From an uncultured Gammaproteobacteria bacterium (GTDB lineage Bacteria; Patescibacteriota; Patescibacteriia; 2-12-FULL-57-11): a stretch of 64,000 nt of DNA. Of the stretch, positions 47,240 through 55,382 are shown in pieces. A program made the translations under genes and the position numbers. Numbering within the stretch: position 1 is the stretch's first letter; the number at the start of each line of letters is the position of its first letter. The notes below the pieces were generated by a model. The model had not been told where the DNA came from. It ran no database searches and saw only the letters and a list, made by a program, of their open reading frames with translations. The stretch is taken from positions 84,509 to 148,508 of the forward strand of contig CAZYLV010000001.1 in assembly GCA_964648865.1 (NCBI GenBank). Direction: 5' to 3'.

Positions 47240-47659
47240 TCAGGATTTGGCCTTCGGCAGGTAGCGCGCCAGGCGCTCGCGGTCGGCCAGGTCCTCCTTG
47301 AGCTGCGGCACCTCCTGCAGCAGGGTGCGCACGGCCAGCGCTTCCGCGACGACGAACCCGACGGCGATGCACAGGAACCAGAACCGCGCCGAGAGCACCG
47401 CCACCTGCTGGTAGGCGAAGAAGGTGAAACACAGCCCGAGCGCGCCGGCGACGATGGCGGGGCGACCGACGCCGGCCCAGGCCTTGCGCTCGAACTTGGG
47501 CAGCGCCGTGCCGCGGGCGACGAGGCGGGGCAGCAGGACGCCGGCGACGGCCAGCGCCAGGAAGGCGGCGGCCATGAGCCAGGCCGTGCCGGGCTGCAGG
47601 GGGTTCCAGCGGATGGAAAACCAGAAATCGGGCGAGAGCAACAGGCGCAGGTCGAACAT
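47240..47659 (-). CDS. hypothetical membrane protein
   Basis: Four hydrophobic helices. It lies 4 nt upstream of yraN. The start was trimmed to MFDLRLLL. Confidence 0.45.
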   Translation of the reverse strand: MFDLRLLLSPDFWFSIRWNPLQPGTAWLMAAAFLALAVAGVLLPRLVARGTALPKFERKAWAGVGRPAIVAGALGLCFTFFAYQQVAVLSARFWFLCIAVGFVVAEALAVRTLLQEVPQLKEDLADRERLARYLPKAKS

Positions 47660-47725
47660 AGGCAGCCGAAAGTGTGCAAAAAAACGCGGCACCTCGTCAA
47701 GGAGGTGCCGCGCCGCGGATGACGG

Positions 47726-48268
47726 CTACTTCTTGAACAGCAGGCCGTAGTGGTACTGCCCCGCCTGGAATTCCTTGACGAGCGTCAGCTTGAGGTCGGC
47801 GGCCATCCGCTTCACCTGTTCGGGATCGATGCGCTCCTTGCTGGCCGGACCGAACGGCGTGGCCGTGATCACCCAGTCCGCGACCACCAGCAGGCCGCCG
47901 GGTTTGAGGAGCCGCACCGATTCGCGCATCATCGCCGCGTTGGGACGGTTGTTGATGAGGGTCGCCACGTCGAGCGAGGCCTCGGGGATCTTGGTGGCGC
48001 CGTAGACCTCGAGGTCGGTCCAGACCGTCTCGACGTTGGTCAGCCCTTCGAGCTTGGCGCGGCTCTCGACGCCGGAGAGCGCGCTCTTGAGGATGTCGGC
48101 GCCGTAGGCGATGCCGTTCTTGCCGACCATGTGCGCCATCGGGAAGACGAAGTGCCCGAGCGCCCCGCACCCCAGGTCCGCGACGTGCATGCCCTCGCGC
48201 ACGCCGGCCTCGCCCAGGATGGTGACCGGGTTGAGGAGCTCGCTGCCCGTGGGGATGTAGATGCTCAT
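47726..48268 (-). CDS. class I SAM-dependent methyltransferase (180 aa)
   Basis: Motif I VADLGCGALG and post-I GADIL. Only the last 180 codons of the track ORF are coding; the rest is Arg-rich alternate-frame junk. Confidence 0.7.
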   Translation of the reverse strand: MSIYIPTGSELLNPVTILGEAGVREGMHVADLGCGALGHFVFPMAHMVGKNGIAYGADILKSALSGVESRAKLEGLTNVETVWTDLEVYGATKIPEASLDVATLINNRPNAAMMRESVRLLKPGGLLVVADWVITATPFGPASKERIDPEQVKRMAADLKLTLVKEFQAGQYHYGLLFKK

Positions 48269-48501
48269 GCGCCGGGGACGAAGATCTTGGTGAGGAAGGC
48301 CTCGACGCCCCCGGTCATGTAGAGCAAGGAGAGGAAGACGAAGAGGATGCCGATGATCTTGTACATGAGCCGGGTCCCGCCCTCGGTGCCGAGGTATCTG
48401 TCGGCGAAATCGATGCGGCCGAAGAACGTGAAGAACCACTCGGACTTGAGGACCAAGATGATGCCGAGGATGATGCCGAGGATGCCGATGACGATGCGCA
48501 T
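48265..48501 (-). CDS. small two-helix membrane protein (78 aa)
   Basis: Two hydrophobic helices. ATGA overlap with the downstream MTase. The start codon sits 3 nt from the tRNA-Val 3' end, so the start is doubtful. Confidence 0.35.
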   Translation of the reverse strand: MRIVIGILGIILGIILVLKSEWFFTFFGRIDFADRYLGTEGGTRLMYKIIGILFVFLSLLYMTGGVEAFLTKIFVPGA

Positions 48502-48503
48502 GG

Positions 48504-48580
48504 TGGTGGGCCCTCTCCGATTCGAACGGAGGACCTTCTCGGTGTAAACGAGACGCTCTGGACCGCTGAGCTAAGGGCCC
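48504..48580 (-). tRNA. tRNA-Val (anticodon TAC)
   Basis: Folded by hand. Acceptor GGGCCCT/AGGGCCC, D-stem GCTC/GAGC, anticodon stem TCTCG/CGAGA with loop TTTACAC, T-arm CTCCG-TTCGAAT-CGGAG, discriminator A and encoded CCA. 77 nt. Confidence 0.85.
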
Positions 48581-48627
48581 GGTGCGGACGTCCTCCGCAC
48601 GCAGGATACACCCCGGCGCGTCCGCCC

Positions 48628-50775
48628 TCAAGCGCCCTTCGCGCTCCGCAGCCGCACCGTGAAGGCGCTCCCCTTGCCGACGGCGCTCTCGAAGCCCACC
48701 TGGCCGCCCATGGCCTCGGTGAATTCCTTGACCGTCGCGAGCCCGAGGCCCGTGCCCGTGCCCATGGCGTTGGAGGCGCGGAAGAACTTCTCGAAGATGC
48801 GCTCCTGCTCGTCCGCGGGGATGCCGATGCCCGTGTCGCGCACGGTGACGGCGACCGTCCCGTCGTCCGCCACGGCGGAGACGGCGACCTCGCCGTCCTC
48901 CGGGGTGTAGGCGACGGCGTTGGAGAGGAGGTTGCGCAGGACCTCCTGCAGCAGGGTCGCATCGGCCATGACGCGCAGCGGCTTCGGCACGTCGACCGTC
49001 AGGCGGATGCGTTTGCCCGCGACCTGCGGCCGGAGGTCGGCGGACGTCGCGTCCACGACGCTCCGTACGGCGATGGGCGAGACGCGGAACTTGAGCCGAC
49101 CGGCGGCCAGACGCGCGATCTGCAGCAGTTGGTTGATGAGGGTCAGCGTGCGGTCCACGGTGGTCGCGATCTCCGCCAGGTACGCGGCGCGCTCGGCCGG
49201 CTTGGCCCCCTCGGCCGCCTCGACGGCCCACTTGAGCGAGGTCAACGGCGAACGCAGCTGGTGCGCCACGATGTCGGCGAACTCCGTGCGCAGGCGCTCG
49301 ACCTCGCGCTGCTTGCTGATGTCGAAGAAGGCCATCAGCACCTGGGGCCGGTCGCCGCGCGTGAACGCCAGCGGCTGCGCCGTGACGCTGTAGAAGACGG
49401 GTTTGCCGCCGAGCTGCAGCATCACGTCGTCGGCCTGCGCGGTCCTGCCGCCCGTCTTGGCCGCAAGATACGGCATCTTCGCGGCCGGATACGCGCCCCC
49501 GTCCATCCGCCGCACGCCCTTGAGGAACGCCAGGAAGTCGGTCCAATCCTTGCCGACGGTGCCGACGAGCAGGGCGCGGCCCGCAGGGTTGACCATGATG
49601 ACGTGGTCCGAAGCCTGGTCCACGACGACGATGGGCAACGGCACCGTCTCGAGCACCGTCCGCAGGAACTTCTGGCTCACCAGCAGCTGCTCCTCCGCCT
49701 GGCTGACGGCCTCGACCATGCTGTTGTAGGTCTTGGTGAGATGCTCGAACTCGTCGCCGGTACGGGCCACGGCCACGGCGGCGAGCTTGCCGCTGCGGCC
49801 GCTCTCCTCGACCTGCGCCAGGAAACGGAACAGCGGCCGGAAGACGAGGGACTCGAAGAACAGGAAGACCATGAACGCCACCGCGATCACGAGCAGCGAG
49901 ACGATGAGCGCCGTCTGCAGCAACTGGCCATAGGCGATGTGGAAGAGCGAGCGCGACTCGGTGATGCTCACCACGGGCGCATCGGCCCCGAAGAGCACTC
50001 CCGGCAACGGGAAGCTCACGGTCATGTCCTCGCCGGTGAAGGCCAGCGCGCTCCGCCCCCCCTCCGGAGCCGCCGGTGCGGATCGGCCTTCCCCGGTGTC
50101 CACGTCCACGCCGTCCGCCCGGACGCTGACCGGCGCGAGCAGGCGCGCGCCGAAGCCGGAGTCCAGGTAGGCCGCATCGAGCTTGCGGCCGATGACATAC
50201 ACGCCGCTCCACGGGCCGGTCTGGTCCGTGTCGACCGTCCGATGGATCGTGCTGGCCGCGACGAGCGCGTAGCCCTCCGCGGTCTTGAGGAAGCCGCTCA
50301 ACGCCTTCTTCTCCGTCGTCTCCCGGAAGAGGGGCGTCGGCGAGATGTCCTCGTCGACGGCGTACCCGGGCACGTCGCCGTACTGGTAGACGATCCTGCC
50401 GGAGGCATCCGTGATAACGATGAAATCGACCTGATGGAACTGCGGGACGTACTCGTCGATGTTGACCTTCCGCCACGCGACCCACTCCGGCGTCTCGGGG
50501 TCGAGCGTGAAGTCGTAGAACTCGTCCCAGATGCTCCAGCCGAGGTTGTTGGCGAGCAGCTCGCCGCGCTCGGAGTCCACCAGGCGCTCGAACCGCAGGC
50601 GCTGCTTGGAGAGCACCTCATTCTCGAGCGGCGTGACGCTGTTGAGCAGGACCCGCCCCTCGATGAAGACGACGACCACCGGGAGCAGGAGCGCGCACAA
50701 GACCACCAAGAGGATCTTGGTGCGGACCGACCCGCGGATGAGCTTGGCGACGACGCGGAATGTCCTCCCGATCAC
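48628..50775 (-). CDS. sensor histidine kinase (TM, PAS-like, HisKA, HATPase_c)
   Basis: H-box HQLRSPLTSLKW. N-box LLSNAVAYT. G-boxes DTGIGIP and GTGLGLA. N-terminal TM helix plus a second helix around residue 290. Confidence 0.8.
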   Translation of the reverse strand: MIGRTFRVVAKLIRGSVRTKILLVVLCALLLPVVVVFIEGRVLLNSVTPLENEVLSKQRLRFERLVDSERGELLANNLGWSIWDEFYDFTLDPETPEWVAWRKVNIDEYVPQFHQVDFIVITDASGRIVYQYGDVPGYAVDEDISPTPLFRETTEKKALSGFLKTAEGYALVAASTIHRTVDTDQTGPWSGVYVIGRKLDAAYLDSGFGARLLAPVSVRADGVDVDTGEGRSAPAAPEGGRSALAFTGEDMTVSFPLPGVLFGADAPVVSITESRSLFHIAYGQLLQTALIVSLLVIAVAFMVFLFFESLVFRPLFRFLAQVEESGRSGKLAAVAVARTGDEFEHLTKTYNSMVEAVSQAEEQLLVSQKFLRTVLETVPLPIVVVDQASDHVIMVNPAGRALLVGTVGKDWTDFLAFLKGVRRMDGGAYPAAKMPYLAAKTGGRTAQADDVMLQLGGKPVFYSVTAQPLAFTRGDRPQVLMAFFDISKQREVERLRTEFADIVAHQLRSPLTSLKWAVEAAEGAKPAERAAYLAEIATTVDRTLTLINQLLQIARLAAGRLKFRVSPIAVRSVVDATSADLRPQVAGKRIRLTVDVPKPLRVMADATLLQEVLRNLLSNAVAYTPEDGEVAVSAVADDGTVAVTVRDTGIGIPADEQERIFEKFFRASNAMGTGTGLGLATVKEFTEAMGGQVGFESAVGKGSAFTVRLRSAKGA

Positions 50776-50793
50776 ATGGCCCCAGTATACAAG

Positions 50794-50820
50794 AAAAGGC
50801 GCCTCGATGAGACGCCTTTT
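50794..50820 (-). terminator. rho-independent terminator after tRNA-Leu
   Basis: AAAAGGCG-[ctc-gat-gag inner stem]-CGCCTTTT. T-runs on both strands. Confidence 0.5.
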
Positions 50821-50821
50821 C

Positions 50822-50906
50822 TGGTGGGCCGAGAGGGACTCGAACCCTCAAGCCTTGCGGCACACGCCCCTCAAACGTGCGCGTATACCAGTTCCGCCAC
50901 CGGCCC
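50822..50906 (-). tRNA. tRNA-Leu (anticodon GAG), type II with long variable arm
   Basis: Folded by hand. Acceptor GGGCCGG/TCGGCCC with one G-U. Anticodon stem CACGT/GCGTG, loop TTGAGGG. Variable arm TGCCGCAAGGCTT. T-arm GAGGG-TTCGAGT-CCCTC. Discriminator A, encoded CCA. 85 nt. Confidence 0.8.
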
Positions 50907-50917
50907 GCAGGTTGTCT

Positions 50918-51691
50918 TCACGCCGGCGTCGGGACCCGGAACAGCCGGTTCCGCCCGACGATGACCTTGAGCCGCGCAGGCAGGACGTCGACCTCGGCCC
51001 GGGCGGCGGTGAGCCTGCGGCCGTCCACCGACATGGCGAACGGCTTGTCCGCCCGGATGGCCAGGCGACGCAGGTTGAGCACGGTCTTCGCGCTCCGCGC
51101 GCCGAGGATGCCGCGGCGCGGCGGGATGACCGCCTCGAGCATGCCGTCGGACGGGTCGGCCGTGTGGAACGGCTCCTCGTCCTCGTCGAGCAGCTCCTCG
51201 AGCGGCGTCATGTTGCAGACGTGCACCGGACCGTGCGCCGGCGTCGTCACGCGGTAGCGCCCTTCGCATTCCAGGACCACCGGACCCCGGGGGACGGAAA
51301 GCGCGGCGAGGAAAGTATGGCCGTTGACCCGGCCGATGTCAAGGGTCTGGGTGAGCCGCGCGGAGAGCACGTCGCAGGCCGCGAGGCCCTCGGGCACGCC
51401 GAGGAGGCGGGCGATGCGGTTGGGCTTGCCGACGGGGATGACGCCCATGGTCACCGGGAACTGGGCGACCGCGTCCATGACCTTCTTCACGGTGTCGTCG
51501 CTGCCCACGGCCACGACCGTGGTGGTGCCGCGGCGCACGCCGTCCTCGAGCGACTGGGCGACGTTCTTGAACAGCGACAAGCGCTCGATCCGGCCATGGA
51601 TGCCCAGGTCGGTCAGGCGGTTCTCGATGGCGGTGAGCAGAAGCTGATGCCGCCGGTCGGAGAGGGCGGCATCGTAGATGTACTGGTACAT
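50918..51691 (-). CDS. diacylglycerol/lipid kinase catalytic domain protein (DAGK_cat, YegS-like)
   Basis: TTVVAVGSDDTVKKVMDAV and GVIPVGKPNRIARLLG match the DAGK_cat nucleotide-binding region. The start was trimmed to MYQYIYD. Confidence 0.6.
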   Translation of the reverse strand: MYQYIYDAALSDRRHQLLLTAIENRLTDLGIHGRIERLSLFKNVAQSLEDGVRRGTTTVVAVGSDDTVKKVMDAVAQFPVTMGVIPVGKPNRIARLLGVPEGLAACDVLSARLTQTLDIGRVNGHTFLAALSVPRGPVVLECEGRYRVTTPAHGPVHVCNMTPLEELLDEDEEPFHTADPSDGMLEAVIPPRRGILGARSAKTVLNLRRLAIRADKPFAMSVDGRRLTAARAEVDVLPARLKVIVGRNRLFRVPTPA

Positions 51692-51711
51692 GGCAAGGAC
51701 GCCGCCGGAGG

Positions 51712-52134
51712 CTAGGGCTCCAGCTTGGCGGGCCGGCTGCGCAGCGCCGCGGGCGCTTCCGGCTCGGGCGCCGGACGCTCGGCGGGAGCGCCGCCCATGG
51801 CGCAGCGGCCGTTCATCACGGCGCCGGCCTCCATGACCATGACCTTGGCGCGGATGTCGCCGGTCACGCGCGCCGTCGCCGAAAGCTCGATGCGGTCCGA
51901 GGCAGTGACGTTGCCGACGACCTCGCCGGCGATGCGCGCGCTGCGCGCCGAGACGTCGGCCGTGATCTTGGCGTCCGGCCCGACGATCAGGTCCATGGCC
52001 GTCTTGAGCGTGCCGGAGACCTCGCCGTCGATGACGATGTTGCCCGCGGAGACGAAGTCGCCCTCCACCTTGACGCCGGCGGCGATGACGGTGTCGGTGC
52101 CTGCGGACTCGGTGCGTGCCGGTTGCTTGAACAT
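51712..52134 (-). CDS. bactofilin family cytoskeletal protein
   Basis: Repetitive beta-helical pattern of G/V/I triads (VKVEGDFVSAGNIVIDGEVSGT...IVGPDAKITADV...IAGEVVGNVTA). Pro/Ala-rich tail. The start was trimmed to MFKQPA. Confidence 0.7.
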   Translation of the reverse strand: MFKQPARTESAGTDTVIAAGVKVEGDFVSAGNIVIDGEVSGTLKTAMDLIVGPDAKITADVSARSARIAGEVVGNVTASDRIELSATARVTGDIRAKVMVMEAGAVMNGRCAMGGAPAERPAPEPEAPAALRSRPAKLEP

Positions 52135-52185
52135 AGCGGGGATCACAGCGTGATGCCCGCAGTATACCAACCGCCCCGGCAGGGC

Positions 52186-53793
52186 TCAAACGCGGCCGGC
52201 GGGGATGCGGAACCCGAAGGTCGAACCCTTGCCCGGCCCGGGGCTTTCCACGAAGACGCCGCCGCCGTGGGCCTCGATCAGGGTCTTGGCGATATAGAGG
52301 CCGAGCCCCGAGCCGTGGGAGATCTTGAGCCCGCCGCCGGCACGCACGAACTTGGCGAAGAGCTTGGGGACCTCCTCCTTCTCGATGCCGATGCCGGTGT
52401 CCGTGACCCGCACCTCGACCGTCCTTCCGGGCACGACCGTCGTCTTGATGGTCCCCCGCTCCGTGTACTTGAGGGCGTTCTCGACGAGGTTGAAGAGGAC
52501 GTTCCTGAGCTTCTCCTTGTCCGCCTTGAGCGGCACGCGCTTCACCGGGCAGGAGACGACGAGCCGGATGCGCTTGCGGTCCGCCGTGAGCTTGAGCTCC
52601 TTGTAGATGTCGCGGACCATCGCGCAGACGTCGACCGGCACCTTCTGGAGGTCGATCTTCCCGGCCTCGAGACGCGTCACGTTGAGGAAGGTCTCGATGA
52701 CGTGCAGCGTGTGGTTGAGCGAGTCCAGGTTGAGGTCGAGCAGGTCGTGGACCTTGTTGGGCAGCTTGCCGAAGTCGCCCTCGCGCAACATGGAGAGGTA
52801 GCCGCGCACGCCCCCGATCGGCGCCCGCAGCTGGTGGCTGGCGATGGAGACGAAGTTGGACTTCATCTCGGAGAGCTCCTCGAGCTTTTCGTTAGCAATA
52901 CTGAGGTCGTCCGCGAGCTTCTGAATCTCTTCTCGACGACGGACCTCGTCGCGAACGCTACGAATGAGTTGCAGCGCAAAGAAAACCGTGACGACCAGTC
53001 CGGAAATGCGCAACGCGAGTTCCGCGGATGTCCGAGAGGACCCTACCTCCACGACGTAAATAAGCACGACCGCCATCGCAAAGAGCTCGGCAGCTACGAT
53101 CTTCAGCGAGAGCAGGCGATGTCTGATGATTGCCACGGCTGTAAAGCCCACCATGAAGACAGTCCACGCCGGACCGACGTTCTGGAGGTCATAATTGCCG
53201 GTGAAGAACGGGATGAATATCTGCGTCGCAATGGCCAACACCACGGTGAATACCCACCCGATGGCGAAATACGAAATCTGCAATCGACGCATATCCCCCG
53301 CCGAAAGGCGGCGGTACTTCCAGACCAGTCGGAGGATGCTATACACCGCAAAAAAGACGCAATGCACGATGAAAAGCCCATAAAGTGGACCGAAGACAGT
53401 GACGCGTTCCAAACCCTTAATGATTTCCGCGCCGTCAACCAACGGGGTGAACTGCGTTAGAACGACCAACGCTGCGGTCCACAGGCTGATGAGCCAAAAC
53501 CGCCGTTGCGGGACGGCGTGGTTCTCCTCCGGAAATACCTCCACGAACAATGCGAGGAAGTAAAAAATCAGTTCCGCAAAAACGAAATTCAGTTTCCCCA
53601 GTTCATATACGACCGTGGGGTCGGTCAGCTGGTAAAAGAAATACAACGTTAGAATCCAAAACGCGATGGAAAAGACGAAGAGGACGAAGTACCGACGAAC
53701 GCGCGCTTTCGGCCGGCCAAAAAAAACGAGCACTCCCAACGCGATGTTGATCGCGAAGGAAAAGAACTGGATGACTTGAAAAACGATTTCCAT
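52186..53793 (-). CDS. sensor histidine kinase with 7TM N-terminal sensor domain
   Basis: Seven hydrophobic helices. H-box ASHQLRAPIGG. N-box LVENALKYT. G-boxes DTGIGIE and GSGLGLY. The N-terminal third is AT-rich relative to the window. Confidence 0.8.
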   Translation of the reverse strand: MEIVFQVIQFFSFAINIALGVLVFFGRPKARVRRYFVLFVFSIAFWILTLYFFYQLTDPTVVYELGKLNFVFAELIFYFLALFVEVFPEENHAVPQRRFWLISLWTAALVVLTQFTPLVDGAEIIKGLERVTVFGPLYGLFIVHCVFFAVYSILRLVWKYRRLSAGDMRRLQISYFAIGWVFTVVLAIATQIFIPFFTGNYDLQNVGPAWTVFMVGFTAVAIIRHRLLSLKIVAAELFAMAVVLIYVVEVGSSRTSAELALRISGLVVTVFFALQLIRSVRDEVRRREEIQKLADDLSIANEKLEELSEMKSNFVSIASHQLRAPIGGVRGYLSMLREGDFGKLPNKVHDLLDLNLDSLNHTLHVIETFLNVTRLEAGKIDLQKVPVDVCAMVRDIYKELKLTADRKRIRLVVSCPVKRVPLKADKEKLRNVLFNLVENALKYTERGTIKTTVVPGRTVEVRVTDTGIGIEKEEVPKLFAKFVRAGGGLKISHGSGLGLYIAKTLIEAHGGGVFVESPGPGKGSTFGFRIPAGRV

Positions 53794-53794
53794 G

Positions 53795-54589
53795 CTACGT
53801 GACTGCCGCTTCCCAGGACGCGAGATCCATGGCCTTCAGACGCTCGACGTCCTTCCCTGGCACCGCTGCGGCGGCGAGGTGGATGTACGGAAGGAAAGTG
53901 AGCGCACAGCCGGTCTGCCCCTCCTGGACGGCGTGGCTGCGCACGGCCACAAACACCTCCTTCAACCTCGACCCCTGTTGACGCGCGACGACCTGCGTGC
54001 TGCGCGCGCATTGCTTCATGAGATCCCGTTCGTCGGGCGTATTCCCGACGCCCGCCCCGACGTCCTCCATGAGAATGTTCGCGCGGTCGTTCCCCTCTTC
54101 CACGATGCCGATTGCGGCTACAGCATACACCCAACCCGGCCCGGTGTGATAGACGTCTTTGAGGGCAACGGGGGTATGCGAACCGGGAAAGATTGGGAAA
54201 CGCGGGTGGTGCACGGTCCCAAAAAGCGACCGGGTGGCGCGGAGCAGTGGGTCGGCGGAGTACACCGGAACGGGCCTCTCGGGCTGGTGAAGCAGAAACA
54301 GCGGGTCGTTCGCAGCGGACGCGCGCGCGAGGTGATACCCCCAGATCAGCCCGTTGGGTCCGCTGAACGACGACACGGTCATCGCATTCAATTGCCCCAC
54401 GTTCGTTTCCGAAACCTCGGCTGCATCAAAGGCGCAGATCCGCCTCAAATTCTCGGACGTGATGCCCTCTGCCGCAACAGACGCTGCCGCCACATGTATC
54501 GCCAGGACGTATGGTCCGCGATGCGTGTACCCCGCACAGGAACGTTCGTACGGAAGAAGAAAGTTGTCCTCCAGTCGTTCCCCCTTCAT
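53795..54589 (-). CDS. pyruvoyl-dependent decarboxylase proenzyme-like protein (HdcA family-like)
   Basis: NAMTVSSFSGPNG at residues ~68-80 resembles the Ser-Ser self-cleavage site of pyruvoyl histidine decarboxylase. The start was trimmed to MKGERLED. The stop lies 1 nt from the HK start. Confidence 0.4.
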   Translation of the reverse strand: MKGERLEDNFLLPYERSCAGYTHRGPYVLAIHVAAASVAAEGITSENLRRICAFDAAEVSETNVGQLNAMTVSSFSGPNGLIWGYHLARASAANDPLFLLHQPERPVPVYSADPLLRATRSLFGTVHHPRFPIFPGSHTPVALKDVYHTGPGWVYAVAAIGIVEEGNDRANILMEDVGAGVGNTPDERDLMKQCARSTQVVARQQGSRLKEVFVAVRSHAVQEGQTGCALTFLPYIHLAAAAVPGKDVERLKAMDLASWEAAVT

Positions 54590-54596
54590 ATGTGAG

Positions 54597-54622
54597 AAAA
54601 AAATCGGGGCGTTGCCCGCCCC
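54597..54622 (-). terminator. rho-independent terminator
   Basis: GGGGCG-ggcaa-CGCCCC followed by GATTTTTTT on the minus strand. It ends 7 nt before the ATG at 54589. Confidence 0.5.
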
Positions 54623-54627
54623 TCGGC

Positions 54628-55308
54628 TCACCTCTCCTTCTTCGCTTTCGCCTCGGCGAGCAACGAGACGGGATCGCTCGCCAACCGCTCCACGAGCCAC
54701 ATCGGCTTTCCGCCGACGACGACGATGTCCATCGAATCCTGAAATTCGTAGACGAGGTCGTACCCCACGACTTCCCGCACGATCCGCCAGAGCCTCGCCT
54801 TGCGCGACGTCCAGAGGTAGGTGTACGAGGCACCCGCAGCCGCCGCGAACCGGTAGACGGGTAACGCGGTCCGGAAGACAGCGTCGAGACCGGTCCGATA
54901 CGCAGCACGTACCCCGAACTCCCGGGCTGACATCACAGTCCCCTGCGGATCGGCACCGCACCGCACGAGAGCCGCAGCGAGACCTCTCCGATGCTCGGCG
55001 GTCGCGAGCCCCGGCGGGAACTCCCGCTCCTCCGTCGCACGGTCGATCGTGTCGACGTACCCAAGACACAGTGCCCGCACGATGCACGTGTCCCCCTCCT
55101 GATGGTAGAGGAAATGCATCAGTGCGGGATGCGGATCGAGTCGGGCTTGCGCTGTGAACTTGCGAGCGACGTCCTCGTCGGTCCACGTTTCTCCCCAGCC
55201 GCCCTCACCTGTTTCGGTAAAGAGCTCGACGTAGGCCTGCAGGAAGGTGCTGCGGAACCGCGGAGATGCAAGCACCTCAGGCAGCGTCAGAACAATCGAT
55301 TGCTCCAT
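54628..55308 (-). CDS. hypothetical protein (226 aa)
   Basis: Clean ORF. No motif recognised. An AT-richer intergenic region lies upstream. Confidence 0.5.
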   Translation of the reverse strand: MEQSIVLTLPEVLASPRFRSTFLQAYVELFTETGEGGWGETWTDEDVARKFTAQARLDPHPALMHFLYHQEGDTCIVRALCLGYVDTIDRATEEREFPPGLATAEHRRGLAAALVRCGADPQGTVMSAREFGVRAAYRTGLDAVFRTALPVYRFAAAAGASYTYLWTSRKARLWRIVREVVGYDLVYEFQDSMDIVVVGGKPMWLVERLASDPVSLLAEAKAKKER

Positions 55309-55382
55309 TCAATCCTCCTGATACAGACAATACAACAAAAAAAGAATAACCGCCATTAGTCGGTTCCTGGAGAAGGTGTCTA

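Noticed and set aside
48582-48600. GTGCGGA-cgtcc-TCCGCAC hairpin between the histidine kinase stop and tRNA-Val
   Set aside because: It has no U-tract on either strand. It is possibly a tRNA 5' processing or RNase recognition structure, but the evidence is insufficient.
47726-50485. 919-aa minus-strand ORF called as one gene
   Set aside because: Only the last 180 codons (47726..48268) encode a methyltransferase. The rest is an Arg-rich alternate frame running through the tRNA-Val gene and the histidine kinase.
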